A DNA stretch of 64,000 nt from Takakia lepidozioides. Taxonomy: Eukaryota > Plantae > Bryophyta. The notes beneath the pieces were generated by a model. That model searched no databases and had not been told where the DNA came from. It was given only the letters and a program-made list of their open reading frames with translations. The stretch lies in assembly GCA_030704615.1 (NCBI GenBank), contig CM060732.1, positions 37,014,001 through 37,078,000 on the forward strand, written 5' to 3'. Positions 47,001 to 60,355 of this stretch are shown here, one piece after another. A program made the position numbers and the translations under genes. Every line of letters begins with the position of its first letter. Positions within the stretch are counted from its first letter, which is position 1.

Positions 47001-50000
47001 AAAGCAATGGTCTTTTGCTATCCAAGGCATTTGTAAATCAATCAATTTTTCAATTGTCTGCGTAAGCAATTGCTTTTCCTTGGATTTGTCATTGTGGCTG
47101 GTCTCATGTTATTATTGTGAACAAATTTCAGAATTTTCAGCTTTCCAGTGCTCGTACTGAGTTGTACATAATGCAATGTGTGATGCAGGCCATTGGTGAT
47201 GAAGGGAGGGATCATGACAAAAGGCGTGTGTTCTACTCTGATGTGAAAGATGACAATCTTCTGGAGTGCATTACTGGCAAGAAGTCTGTTATCCGAGTGC
47301 CTTCTCTGGTAGTTGCTCTCCCTCCCTGGACCCCTGGTTTGGGTCTAGAAGTGGATTGATTATTGTCAACCAGGTGGCTTCTTCAGCCTGAATGAATGAT
47401 TTCCACTTTGTAGTGCAAAATTTAATATCCCAAGCCAAATGAGAGTCATTTCAGGCGCCCGATCGAAAACATGGATACATTTTCAATTTTGTTAGTTTAC
47501 CCGTACCTGTCATTTCGCAGCCATGCACCCTATGCAAGTTCAACCTAAGTTTATTTTTGAAAATGAGGGAGCAATGGACACAGAAAGGGCCTCCTATTCA
47601 AGGTGCTGGGACCTCTGAAGCTGGCACATGTGGGAGTCTTTCAAGATGGGTTTATTGACATGAGTTACAAGTAGACTCTTGCCGAAAGCAAGTGTAAATG
47701 AAGGTCTCTCAACACCCAAAAGAGGACATCCATCTCATGGCTGTAGCTGGGGTAACATGGTTGATCTTTCACCTTAGGACTCAAAAGCCCCTCTAGGTGA
47801 CTGGTTGATCCCTTTTTATATAACTGGATAAGCTTAATTGCTGAAATTCTAAATGTATGTGGCTTTGAGGTATGTAGTAAATTTGTCAGTCTTTTTTATA
47901 TTTGCAATGGTTTGGGTTCCATCTCGTTGAAATTAAAATTTGATTAAGGAATCTTTTGTTGGGTGACGACAGACTCGATTCAACAAAGGCCCAAGGGTGA
48001 TACCTCCATGTGATTACTACTTTGACAAAGGCTACAAGTTTGCCTATGCAACATTCTATGAGCTCCCTCAGGACTTAGCTGGTAAACTGCCAACTAAACA
48101 TCTCTCCACACCCTGTGTTGCAGGGCCATGATAACTCCCCAGTGTGTGGTTTCTATGATGGCTTAGAGTTGCAAAGTTGCTTGGTTTGTGCTTAACATGA
48201 GTTTGTAGGTGTGTTTCAACTAACTGTGGACTAAATCATCCTCCCAACCCCAAAATTCCTAGGTGTGTGCTGGTTAGGGTTGATTGTGGATTATTGGCAT
48301 TACGATGAAAGACCTTATGCTAACGATTTTAGAATTTGAAAATGGATTCCATTCAATACAGACATCAGCGGGACAAACAGTGATGTTTCAACTGTTGAAA
48401 GTGAAACTGCAAGTGCTCCAACCCCAGCTTCAAAAGCTGCTAATCAAGGGCGCCCCAAGCCAAAGCTGACTTCTAGGAGGAACGTCTCAAGCATCTTAAG
48501 TGATGAGACCAAACCAGAGCTTCAGCTTCTCGACTTATATTGTGGATGTGGAGCCATGTCAACAGGGCTCTGCTTGGGTGCCAACCTGGCAGGAGCCAAC
48601 CTTGTTACGGTAGTCCTACATCCGAGAGGCCTTTTGTGAATCTTGGACTTAATGTTGTTAGTTTGAACAGCTGATGAATGTCAGTTACACTATGTTTCTG
48701 GTTTGTCTGTGTTTCAGTTTCTCTTCCAAAGGGAGGTAAGGAATGTGTTACTAAGGTGTTATTCATCTTTGACTTTGGTGCAACAGAGGTGGGCAGTGGA
48801 CTTAAATGAGTTCGCCTGCATTTCAATGAAGCATAATCACCCAGAAACAAAGGTCCATTTCTGATCCCTCACCCTCGAAATACTTTATTGTTTGGGTTGT
48901 TCATTTGACCTTTGTCAGCGAAAGAGTGATATCAGTCCTGTAATATTTTCTGGTTGTTGAAAGAAAGTTGTTAGTTGTCCTTTTTCTGATCAGTGGGAAT
49001 CACGTGCTGATCCTTGGGGCCAACAAACAAACGAATTTAGTTCATCCGTGGGTGGTTCAAAGGGCTGACCAAAGATTGTTTGTAACTACCCTGAGCCCCA
49101 AATAGAGGAAGAGATACCTCATCAGTATTTGCTTTCTGTACTTCTAAAGTATATTTCACATGAAGCAAATGCTGGATGGGGGTATCACCCACCTCAACTA
49201 TGATGAGTCCACCATTAATTTTGTCTTTCTCCCCTTCCAAATAGAAAGCAGTAGTCCTTTGAGGTGGAGTGACAATGTAAGTGGCACCATGCTTTACGCC
49301 TCCTTCAGCAGGAGTCTTTCCTCATTGTCTCCCCGTCCACACCCTTTTCTCTCAAGTTCCAGGATTCTACTGTCTTAAGTAACTGAGCTCATCTACAGCC
49401 AATCGCAGCTGTTTTAACTTTGTACTTCTGTATTTAGGTCCGTAATGAGGCTGCAGAAGACTTTTTGGCACTGCTCAAAGAGTGGAGGAAGCTCTGCGAT
49501 AAGTTCTCAGAATCTATTGACTCTGTAGCTGAGGAAAGTGGAGATGAGGGTGAGCTTTTGCCTGGAGAATATGAGGTGGAAAGGCTCATTGGGATCCGCT
49601 GGGTTGGACATTCAAACAAAAAAGGAGAAGATAATGAAGGGGATGGTTCAACTGTTCTAAAGCCCCAAAAGGGGAAGGACAAACAGGAACCTCCTGTGTC
49701 CAAAGGTCTTGAATTCAAGGTAGATCTTTCTTTGCATATTTTCACCTCATGTTCACGGCCTTACCCAGATCTAGTCTGGCATGACTGAACCCAGTCAAGG
49801 ACGTTTTCATGAGATCTTTGGTATGTAATGAAGCCCTTCAGTTACTGCTTATGGCGCTTGGTTTGGGGGTCCTCTGGCTTGTGGAAGCAGAAGTGATTCC
49901 TGACTTAATTGCCATGTGTGGACTGGTGCTGGTTGTGTACTTTCAAGGTCCTTGATTAATTGACCTGTTTAAGTATGCCTTGCCACTCTTGGAGGTAGCC

Positions 50001-53000
50001 TTTGTTTCACTTGTTTTGTGGGATTTAATGGTAATCTTTTCACTATCCATATCTGTTGACAGTTCTGTTGCTTTGAGGGATTTAATGGTAATCTTTTTAC
50101 TATCCAGATCTGTTGACAGTTCTGTTGCTGTGCTTTCGATGTGTGGCCTCGATCTACTCGCATGTCACTGAGTCTAATTTATCAGTTGGATGCTTTGAGT
50201 TGCATTTCTTTCCTGAACTTTCCAATATTCTATGCTGACAAGCTATCATGGCCCAGGTGAAATGGAAAGGTTACTCTTCTGAATATGATACATGGGAGCC
50301 TGCCTCAAGCATGGAGTATGTTGTTTGTTACCTATAATGATTTTTCTAGCAGATCAAGTGCATCAAGCTTGTTTTTAATCTTGAAGTCTAGGTATCTGCT
50401 TGCAACGGTCTTTGCTATTTCTAATTTATATGATTCACTTGCTTTTCCCAGTTTGTCTGAGATAAGCATCTATTCTAGATTTTTTCTCTAGCAGGAATCC
50501 CAGAAGGTTTTGTATCTTATTGAGTCCATCCAAAGTATGCTGGCTTACTCAACTTATGTGGATTGCAGGGATTGTCAAGATATTGTGAAGGCATTTGTCC
50601 TTGAAGGGAAGAAATCCAAAATCTTACCGCTGCCTGTATGGCTTCTCACTCTGTCAAGGTCTCCTTGATTCAGGTCTCATGTGTATGTCGATTTGCTGTG
50701 GTTGATGTTCTGGAATGAATTTCAGTTGTTTTTAGAAGCTGTATAGACGTTCATATCTATGGTTGGATGGCAGGGCGATGTGGATGTTATTTGTGGAGGC
50801 CCCCCTTGCCAGGGTGCTAGTGGGTTCAACCGATTTCGAAACAAGGCAAAACCACTGGAGGATCCCAGGAACAAGCAGATGGTGGTGTATATGGAGATAG
50901 TGGACTTTCTGCGACCACGGTTCATCCTCATGGAGAATGTTGTTGACATACTGAAATTTTGTGAAGGAATTTTGGGTCGGTATGCGCTTGCGAGGGCAGT
51001 TGACATGAATTATCAGGTAAGAAGTTTCCTAGCAGTGCCTACAACCAACACTGCTGTAATATGTATATCTCATCCTTCTCACTCCTGGGATTTCTCATCC
51101 TGTAAAACATCCCAAGCTCTATTCTTCATGCAGTTTCCATGAACTTACTCTGTAGCATTTTATTAATCTCTATTTGTATTGTCACTCGTACTCCTTTCGC
51201 CTTGTTGAAAAACATCAAATATTTCAAAATGTTTCTGGATCAAATATTTCTGAACTTCAGAGTATATGCAGGCAAAAATCGGGCTTATGGTTGCTGGGTC
51301 CTATGGCCTGCCGCAATTCCGCATGCGCTGTTTCCTCTTTGGTGCCTCTTGTGATGAGGTACTTTTTTGGTTGTATCGTGACGCATGACGTGTGGTTCAT
51401 TCCATGTATAGCTAAGAGCGAGTAGGTTCATTTGATACAAATTCAGGTAGTCTGAGGTGAGGGCTGTGTAAGTTTCTGTGTTATTCTCAGGCTCTATCGT
51501 TTGTTCTCTTTGGTGTGTAGACGTTGTAAGGATTCTTTCTTTCATCACAAGGAGACAAACTTACAGAGATTAAAGTCATGAATATCTCCCGAGTCTGGAG
51601 AGCTGGCTAGATATTAGGAACATGCTATCATAAACATAGCTGGGATGCATACGGAATCTTGCATGTTATGCAATTGACTGCATAATTATCGGGATCATGG
51701 TTAGCCTATCTTCTTGTTTCTCTCAAGCAAGCGCTTCATTGGACCATAACTCTTAGCCATAGCCTCAGGATGTTCCTGTAACCTAGGAGTCAGCCAATTA
51801 TCCATCAGAATATAAATTGCATTGTGAAAACACCTTTTGCAGGTTTTGCCGCCTTATCCCATGCCCACACACAGTGTCATTGTACGTGGTGGTGTCCCAA
51901 ATCAATGGGAGGTAGGCTTCTACTCCCTCTGATCCTGGGTTGTTGAGTCTTGGACATGAATATTTGTGCAATGTTTTTGGTGCATTGACTAGAGTCACTG
52001 TCCGGATTGGTCATAGGCAGAAGGATATTCATTTCGTACTGCCCATCCCAAAAGGCCAGAGTAGCCCAAAGGTGAAGTGGCTGTTAGTTACGCCCGGTTG
52101 TTGCCGGAATTTCCTCTCTCTAGGCATAGGGCAGTTTAACGTCATTTTAACTTATTCTTGTAGCCTTCTCAGGCTCCAAGTTTCTGTTGCGTTATAAAAA
52201 GGTACAAGCTATGTTATTTATGCCTTGGATGGGTCCGCTTCATGTGGCCTCGGAGCTCTTTCTAACCCACCTTTTCTGTTGTCAGTAGGTGAGGATAGAT
52301 CGGTTTGATTTGCTTTTTTTGGTCTTTATAATTTCCTGTATTATTGAGTTATTCATCATTACCTCTACTTCTATTAATTTATTATGTCATGGTTTGCATT
52401 TTTTTTTAGGGCAGGGCCTGTGCAGAGCCCCCTAGTAAGTAGTAAGTAGTAAGAATAGATAATAAGATGCAGGGGGGAGAGAGCCTAGGGCCGGCGGGAC
52501 CCTTCTAGAAGGACCCCTCAAGCGGTGGGACCTTCCAGAAGGCTGCCTTGATACACGTCACTCCTAGAAACCATCACGCCTGACCCCAATCTAACCATGA
52601 ACCATCCCCTATTTAATAGGTCTTACCTTCCTGCCTTTTTTGTCCCCTCTACATGACAGTTATTAATTGAACTCCTGCTGTAGCTTACTATAACTCCCGC
52701 TTCATAATTTCTGGACCACTCTCTAATCCCCACAACCCCTTTCAAACCTGGGCCCCTTATTGGGGTATAGCTTCTCCACTGAAGTTCTTGTTAACTCTTG
52801 TAGGGTCACGTTAGTGGGGGTCTTTGATAAAGTTTTACATAGTTATAATGTTATGTTTGAATCTAGTCATAATTGACCATGGGATATTTTTTAGACAACA
52901 CGTGTACATGACTGTGCAGCGATGTCTTGTTGCCTACGAGCAAAATAAGCAGCCTGGATGGCTTCAAAAGCCTTTAGTTCTCAAGGACGCTATTTCTGAT

Positions 53001-56000
53001 TTGCCTCCAGTAAGAATCCTTCTCTTGTTCACTTGATCGTCTATTCTACTTTCCGTGATATTTCCATTCACATTGGATCTTATTCTCTTCATTGTAGTAT
53101 GTAAAGAAAGCATGCATTTTGGAGATGACATTTGGAACTAGGACATAGGTTGACATTGCATTGACAACGTCCTATGCGTCAGGTGGATAACTTCCAAAGT
53201 AAAGATGACATTTCTTATGAGGATGACCCTCACACATCCTTCCAGCGGTTTGTACGTTTACCTAAGCAAGGTATTGGTTATTCTTCATAACATGCATTTG
53301 AGTTTTCAAGTTGTATGCTATTGTTTGACCTTGAGAACTTAAGGCTATAACTAACGACTCTGGCGGTGGCAGAGTTTGAAAAAAAACCACTCGACCCCGC
53401 CGTTGAATAAAACATGTTTAGGAATGACTAGGAATACCCGACATAACTATCTGCTGACATTTTTGGCTCCAGGAACGGGTGGTCTTGGATCTGTCCCCTC
53501 AAAGAAGAAGCAGCAGAAGGCTTTGTTGCCTGACCACCGTCCGTTGTGCTTGAACGCTGATGACCACATGCGAGTATGCCAAATTCCCAAGAGAAAGGTG
53601 ATCTATAGACTTCTTTAAAAACCACCTGTTTCGTTTCAATAGTTAATTGCCTATTCCAAAGATGTTTTGTAACACACGTCCTTGTGTTTCCGCGTTTTGA
53701 ATCATGGTTGAATTATCCTAAAGAACAGATTGATCAGTTCTTGATGGAGCACTTTTGAGTTGCAGGGTGCGAATTTCAGAGACCTCAAAGGAATCATAAT
53801 AAAGGAGGATAATACGGTGGATGTGGTAAGAGAGCCCCGTGAACTTCTACCGTCAGGAAAACCCTTGGTAAATTCTTGAACCCATGTCCAATTTCTGTTG
53901 CTCTTCCTTTTTTATGTGTCCTGTTCTTTTAGCAAAGAGGGTAGTTGAAGCCAGGTTGAGCTCTCAGCTATCTTACTAGTTCTCTTGTCATAATAGCAGT
54001 ATATTGCTGTGCACATTTGCAGGTTCCTGACTATGCTGTGTCTTTTATCAAAGGTCGATCTTTGAAGTAAGTGCTCAACCCCAAACCATGCCTTCGCTCA
54101 CAATCTTGTGAACCTGGAAGTTTCTAAAATTTGGAGGGATGAAGTAGGTTTGTACCTTGGGAGTCAAATGCATTCTATTTTAAACCATACCTTCTCACTG
54201 GCTTCAAGCTTAGCTTTTGAATGCAAGTCTTAATTTCTATAAGAGTTTATGTTTTATAATTTTCACTAACCTTCTCTAGGTCTTGCGAACTGTCAAAACA
54301 TGCTCCTTTGGCTTTGGAATGTGTGCATTGAAAGGCACTAGAGCAGGTAGCCCAGTGGTTGGGAGTTTTCCTTGCATGTGCATAACCTAGGGTTTAAGTG
54401 TCCACCTTCAAACGGAAGGCAGTAGTCCCTAGCAGTCCCTCTGGAAGAAACATAATTTACGCTTCCTTCAGGAGGCGTCATCCTTTGGTTTTTTTATCTC
54501 TTGCAATGAAAGACAACTAAAATTCCAGCACCATAGCATTTAACATGGAAGCAGGAAGGGCTGTACTTCTGATTGGTGGTGGAAGCTAATATTTATGTTT
54601 TGCTCACTGTGTCTAGGCCTTTTGGGAGGCTTTGGTGGGACGAAACTGTTGCCACTGTTGTCACCAGGGCTGAGCCCCATAACCATGTAAGCACAACCTT
54701 TCCCAGCTTTGAGGTGGTTACCATAGCACTTAATTCAAAATGTCACTAGAGAATCTCTTTCTGCCTTGTGCATGTTGCCAGTGGAGATTGAGCAGTAGGT
54801 GAATCACATGTGACTTCAGTGTTTCTTTTCTTCACTGGACCTTGTCAGAAGTTTCGCTTGACCCATTTTTGTAGTGCTGTGCCTTTGTGGGCAATGTAAA
54901 TTTGTGCAACATAGTTTCTAGTCAAGGTAAAACGAGCGTGGCTGGTGCGCTTACTGTCATTCTTTCAAGATGAAACTAATCACAGCAATTAGAAGAGGTC
55001 TATGGTCAGACACATGAGTGATAACTTTAAAGTACTCATTTGAAATCACTTGCCCAAAGAGTATTTATATATTTCAAATTAAAAATGTCGTGTTGATTAT
55101 CCCCCCAGATTGTTCTGCACCCCGAGCAGGATCGTGTGCTTTCTATCAGGGAGAATGCATGGCTGCAGGGCTTCCCTTGACTGTTACAAGCTCTTTTGCT
55201 CACTGGACCTTGTCAGAAGTTTGTGCACTCGTGACCCACTTTGTAGTGCAGTGCCTTTGTGCGCAATGTAAATCTGTGCAACATAGTTTGTAGTGAAGGC
55301 AAAACGAGTGTGGCTGGTGCCCCTACTGTCATGCTTTCGAGATGAAACCAACCACTGACATTAAAAGAGGTCTACGGTCAGACACATGAGTGATAACTTC
55401 TCACTAAAGACTCTGGTCACTAATTATAACTAACTAATGGCTTTTCAATAATTTGATATGACCTGCCCAAGAGAAACAAAAATGTAGATTTCAAATTAAA
55501 AATGTTTTGTTGATTATCCTCCCAGATTGTTCTGCACCCCGAGCAGGATCGTGTACTTTCTATCAGGGAGAATGCACGGCTACAGGGCTTCCCTGACTAT
55601 TATAAGCTCTTTGGCCCCATCAAGCAACGGTATGTCACTTGCTTCAGAGCTATTATTTGGTGTATCTGTGAAAAGTAATATGCAGATGAGGACTCCATTA
55701 TTTTTCACTCTTATCTTGCATTGAAGAAGACTCCAGTTGAAGCCGGTGTAACTAAAAAGCTTGCCCCCTCGCAAGAGTGGGCCCTATTTATCTTCCATAT
55801 TTTCTCTCTGAAGTCATTTGTAGTTGGAAGATAGAGCCACAAAATGAGCGTGCTTCCACTTATAAGATTGGAAGTTGTCAGGAAAGTAAAACAGGTTGCC
55901 CCTTCATCTCATTATTGGTACTGTGCGATGTAGTCTTTGCCAGATAACCCTTGCACCAGTGGTTACCAAACTGATAATTGGTGCCTCAACAGTGTGGTTG

Positions 56001-56214
56001 TAAAGAGCTTGAATGTTGTTTGCTTGACAGGTACATGCAAGTTGGAAATGCAGTTGCAGTCCCTGTTGCAACAGCACTTGGATACTCCCTGGGAAAGTCC
56101 ATTCTCCACCAGTGTACAACAGAAGACGAGACCATAGAACTCCCTCGCCATTTTCCACACAGCCTTACCACACCCCTGGGTGTACTGGATCTGCCTGACA
56201 ATGAGGAGATTTGA
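44045..56214 (+). CDS. CMT: Chromomethylase (BAH + C5 DNA methyltransferase + chromodomain), about 956 aa
   Basis: 22 phase-consistent exons: 44045-44506, 45120-45160, 45771-45876, 46487-46591, 47189-47308, 47973-48081, 48362-48609, 48787-48852, 49438-49719, 50257-50315, 50569-50635, 50774-51016, 51272-51358, 51843-51911, 52920-53009, 53183-53270, 53473-53597, 53766-53867, 54023-54066, 54617-54686, 55526-55629, 56031-56214. Motifs: [26 protein letters not shown], chromo EYEVERL...[48 protein letters not shown]. Confidence 0.95.
45563..45804 (+). repeat. About 125-bp tandem duplication spanning the CMT intron 2/exon 3 junction
   Basis: agggagtttc...ttctttgcagca(a/g)aggagagattgaggaagagccagaagtggct occurs twice. 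Confidence 0.9.
50020..50129. repeat. 57-bp tandem duplication in a CMT intron
   Basis: gggatttaatggtaatcttttt...ctgttgacagttctgttgct occurs twice. Confidence 0.9.
52399..52800 (-). mobile_element. Possible antisense retroposed fragment (LINE 3' end) in CMT intron 14
   Basis: T run at 52399-52407, then (AGTAAGT)n and a compositionally distinct block; no TSD found. Confidence 0.3.
54832..55615 (+). repeat. About 370-415-bp tandem duplication spanning the CMT intron 20/exon 21 junction
   Basis: tcactggaccttgtcagaagttt begins at 54832 and again at 55200; exon copy cccag|ATTGTTCTGCACCCCGAGCAGG at 55109 and 55526. Confidence 0.9.
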
Positions 56215-57021
56215 GACTTGGCAGTTTGCGAAGGCTTAGTTCCTAACCATGGGTAGATTTGGTCGACTCTCCATGAGTCCAGAGCCATCTTAAACTTGAG
56301 GCAAGCTCCAGTCTTGACATCCAAATTGTGGCATTTAGATAACAGTGATTCAAAAGCAATAAAGTAATGTACTGACATTCCACGCAGCATCCTTCATTTT
56401 GTTTGTCTGGTCATCAGTCTTGGGTGACTGCTTTTAACGGGCCACCTAATCATAATTTGTCACCAAGTTTGATGAATTTTGGTTAAGGTTAACAGAGGTG
56501 TATCTACTAATTTTGCAATTTAATTGGAATTATGCAATGTCAGAAAGTTGCATAGTGCATGCTGTTTCATGTGCTACTCCTGACCAGGGAGGTGGTCAGC
56601 CATGACATGTTATAATCCAAATTTGGAGTGTTGGAGAAACTCCATGGTACACTCAACAGTAAAGACCTTCACTTGTGCTGCTATTTTCTGAAAGAATTTA
56701 TAGCTGCCCTTGCCTTCCTTGCTGCTTGGATTATGATGCATGATCAGCAAGCTTTCTGATTGAAGATTGGGCTCAGCATTTGTCATGTTTTTGCAAGAAT
56801 TAGCAAGAACTATGCGACTGTAGCTAGCAGTGAAATGCCTCTGTGCATGATGCTGCAGTATCTCCACCACCCACCACCCTCTGACCTCCATATTAGTGAG
56901 CCTGGCCAGCTGCTTGACTAGTTGATCATGTGTGATATTGTAGCTTCACAGCGATCCCCAGCTGCTCGCCAACAATCATCTCTCAGCTCCCCAACAAGAT
57001 CTCTCAGTGCCTGCTGGTAAG

Positions 57022-58525
57022 TTATGACTGCAGCCTGGTGGAACCCTGTTTGGCATCTCCTGAATTGGGATCCAAAACAAGAGCCTTTTGATATGCTTCA
57101 ATAGCTTTGACTTTCTCTCCGGTCTTTTCATAGCAGGCCGCGAGCATGCACTGCACCTTCACATTGTCAGAGCACAAAGCCAAGGAATCTTCCATGTCTG
57201 AGATAGCTGCTTCCATCCCTCTCTTTCCCTTTGACTGCTCCAGCAGCAGGCCTGGCAACCATACAACTACTGAATTAGCAAAGGCAGCTTGATATCACTC
57301 GACTAAAGTGGATAGATAATTCTGGCCCGCTAATTACAGGGAAGCCATTAGAGTTATCCGTAAAGTGAGCCTGAGTTTGGTACCCAGTTTGGACCCGAGT
57401 TTCTCATTTCATCCTGAGTTTGATTAAATCCGCAAAGTTCAGAAAACTGGGCACGAAGTCAGAAAAGAGGGCACCAAATCAAAACTGGAAATGAGGGCAA
57501 TGGCTGCTCGTTAGCTCTGACTGCCTCAGCCTTGACCAGGAACAAAACTCGGGTCCAAACTCCTGCCACGACCATTTCCCTATGTCCTGACAGTTTGGTC
57601 CCTGTGTTTTTTTCTAATGGTACCCTCAGGTCCTGAGTTTTGAGTCTCATGCCCACTTTTGGCCAAACTCAGGGTTCTCATGCCGAGTTTGGGATTCTCA
57701 TGTCGAGTTTGGGACCCATTACGGATAACTCTAATAATTGCCTTAAGGGACCTCCCCCTGCTGGCTTCCAATCTAATAAAGCTTTGTCCAGGGCTGTTTG
57801 CTATTCACAATTGGTCTCTAAGCAGTCTTGGAAGACTTGAGGCATCCAACTGAAGAAAGTTTGGTAATCCAAGGAGTAATCTGCAAGATGATTCATGTCA
57901 TGCAGGATGATTCCAGACCTGAAACATTTGCAAAGCTTGCCTGCAGTTCGGATTTTTTATGCATCTATCATGTCACTGATGCATTTGACATTGCTACCAG
58001 AATTTCCTCCTTCAAATTTTGTTGCTTGCTGCTGAAGGATTGTTGAGTACAACTTGCTAAGCTCACACTTGTCTGAACCTGCTCCTACAATCTGACAGCA
58101 TCCCCAAGCCACAGAAGAGAACCTGCTCGCTTGGCCAAAGCCTCTGCCTTCTCAGAGCTGGAGAGACTCCGAGATGCAGGCCGAGCAAGAGCTGTGGATA
58201 GAGATCGAAGAGCCGCAGCAGAGCGCCCCATTTGCTCCAGTCCCAAAGCCTTGACAATATGAAGGGCGGCATCCTTGGGGTCCAGAGCTATGGCCGCATC
58301 GGCCTCGGCCACGACCCCTTGTGCCAGCTTGCGGCCTGCGCCCACGCTGCCGGCGCTGCGGGAGCGTGCCAGCAGCTGCGCAGCCTTCACAAAATGGCGA
58401 CGAGACTGTGTTCGCCTTGCCCCACGAGCTCGTGTCCTGCTTACCACTGCATTTCCTAGGCCTCTTACTGCATACATCAATCCCAACCCGAGCACCGCCA
58501 TTACCACCATCAGAACGATCTCCAT
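57022..58525 (-). CDS. TPR-repeat protein with an N-terminal transmembrane/signal-anchor segment, about 210 aa
   Basis: Exons 58525-58123 and 57251-57022 (GT-AG, phase 1); hydrophobic start MEIVLMVVMAVLGLGLMYAV; TPR-like AIALDPKDAALHIVKALGLE and AIEAYQKALVLDPNS. Confidence 0.85.
57349..57733. mobile_element. MITE (hAT-like) in the TPR gene intron
   Basis: Perfect 15-bp TIR TAGAGTTATCCGTAA / TTACGGATAACTCTA; repeated subterminal C(C/T)GAGTTT / AAACTC motifs; no matching 8-bp TSD. Confidence 0.75.
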
Positions 58526-59649
58526 TTGGGACGTGTTTCTCAACCTCCCTCCTTCTTGCCCCTTTCTGCTTCCCTCCTGTGCTTACAAACCCACTTTCGC
58601 CAGAGGTTGCATATTGTTTGTGATCGTTCCCTTCCGCACTGCTTCTGCTTCTCAACCTCGTAAACTCACTTGGCAATTCTGGAACGAACACTGTCACCAC
58701 ACCGATCCCTCCCCACCTCGTCTCCCCGCCTGAAGCTTGATCCCCCAATTTTGGGCATTCACCAGAAAAGAAGCAAACTTCCTTAACCCAAGTCAGGCCC
58801 ACAGCAGCTCTCAACACCTAATGCCTCTCTCTCTTTCTCTCTCGCTCCGTCTTTCTCTATGGCTGCTTCTGAAATGTCGCTTGCAAAGAGTGCAGATTGC
58901 AGATTCTCGAAGTCCGACAAATTTGGGTCAATGGCATGTTCGCGTGCATGATCTTCATCTGGTCAGTCATTGGTCGTCTGGACTTGTTTAAGTGAAAGAA
59001 ACCGGGGCCCGAGGCAGAGAAGTCTGTTTAGTGTACAACGGTGTTGACCTGTAGACTAGATATGTTTCAGTGCGACGTATTTTTGGAAGGACTGTTGTGC
59101 AGCTATCTTGCTGCAGGTATGGCCACTGCGCAGGGAGATGAAATAGCGAAGGCGTTCTACTGCCCCTGCGATGCGCAGGCGGGAAGGCTCACATCATGGT
59201 CCAGATCAAAGGGCCAGGGTGCGGAGGTTGTATGGGTATCGACTTCGGAAAAGCCTGGGCCCCAGACCCTCGAGAATGACGACTATGAAGCCCCTCCAGG
59301 TTCCAGAGATTCCAGAGAAAGGTAAAAGGATTAAGATGTTTGGGAATTTCTTCTGGGATCTTTAAACTGTGTATGTTGGAGCAATCCAGGCTCCATATTG
59401 TCCTTGACCCATCCCAGCAGAACACACCCGTCTTGGTATCTAGAAGAAGTTCATTTTCTGGTCATACCGGGGGTCATCGACACCCTTGTCCTCGTTCTCA
59501 GTTCCTTCAGCAGCAGCTGCTATGTGAATTGTAGTACATATTTTTCTTCTCTTGGTATAATGTTTCTTTCACCTACATTCCCTCGAGAACCAGTTGCGGG
59601 GTTTCCACCCCACCGCAGATTTCACAGGGCTTGCCATAGCGAACGACAA

Positions 59650-59651
<2 letters not shown>

Positions 59652-59681
<30 letters not shown>
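59652..59681. repeat. (GA)n microsatellite
   Basis: Direct GA run. Confidence 0.9.
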
Positions 59682-59683
<2 letters not shown>

Positions 59684-60355
59684 AACGCAAAATGTTGCAC
59701 GGAGAGACGGAGGGTCCCTCCATCAGAGAAAGGTTTTACTCAATTTGGTGGGGATTAAGGGCTTACCGCGTCACATCATCTGCGTCCAGGAGAACAGCCT
59801 TCGTGGCTATCATCGAGCTCCACTCTCGATGCTACCTCTGCGGATGAACTCCTCCAGGGCGTCGATGTAAACGCCTACGAGCATAGTGACAGTGGGCAGC
59901 CCTGCTTCACGAGAAAGTTGCTGTGGACATTCGCGGATAGTTCTCCACCTGCCCTCTCTCCGCTAGGCTCTGTGTCACTTACATCCACGCCCTGGAGAGC
60001 TCAATTTTGTGGAAATTATGTGCTAGCTTTCTTCAAAAGAACTTCATACAGGAACAAAGATCTATGTTGAAGTGGTGTTTGCATGCAGGCCATAGATTAG
60101 CTCTGGCAGGAGTTCTTCTCAGATCCTTCACAGTGATGGGACAAGAGGTTCGCTAAGGTGAGCTGCCTTAGTTAGGACACCAAGGACTTGGGACTGAAGC
60201 TGGCATGATGATTTTTGTGTCGTGGATTGTATCTGCAGCAGCTAGACCGATACAGATATCAATTTTGTTCTTTCCAACATCACCGGTTCTTAGTAGGTTA
60301 TTCTTTGGCAGGGCATGAATCAAGTTCTCAAGGTTGTTCCCTCCTATTCAAAAAG

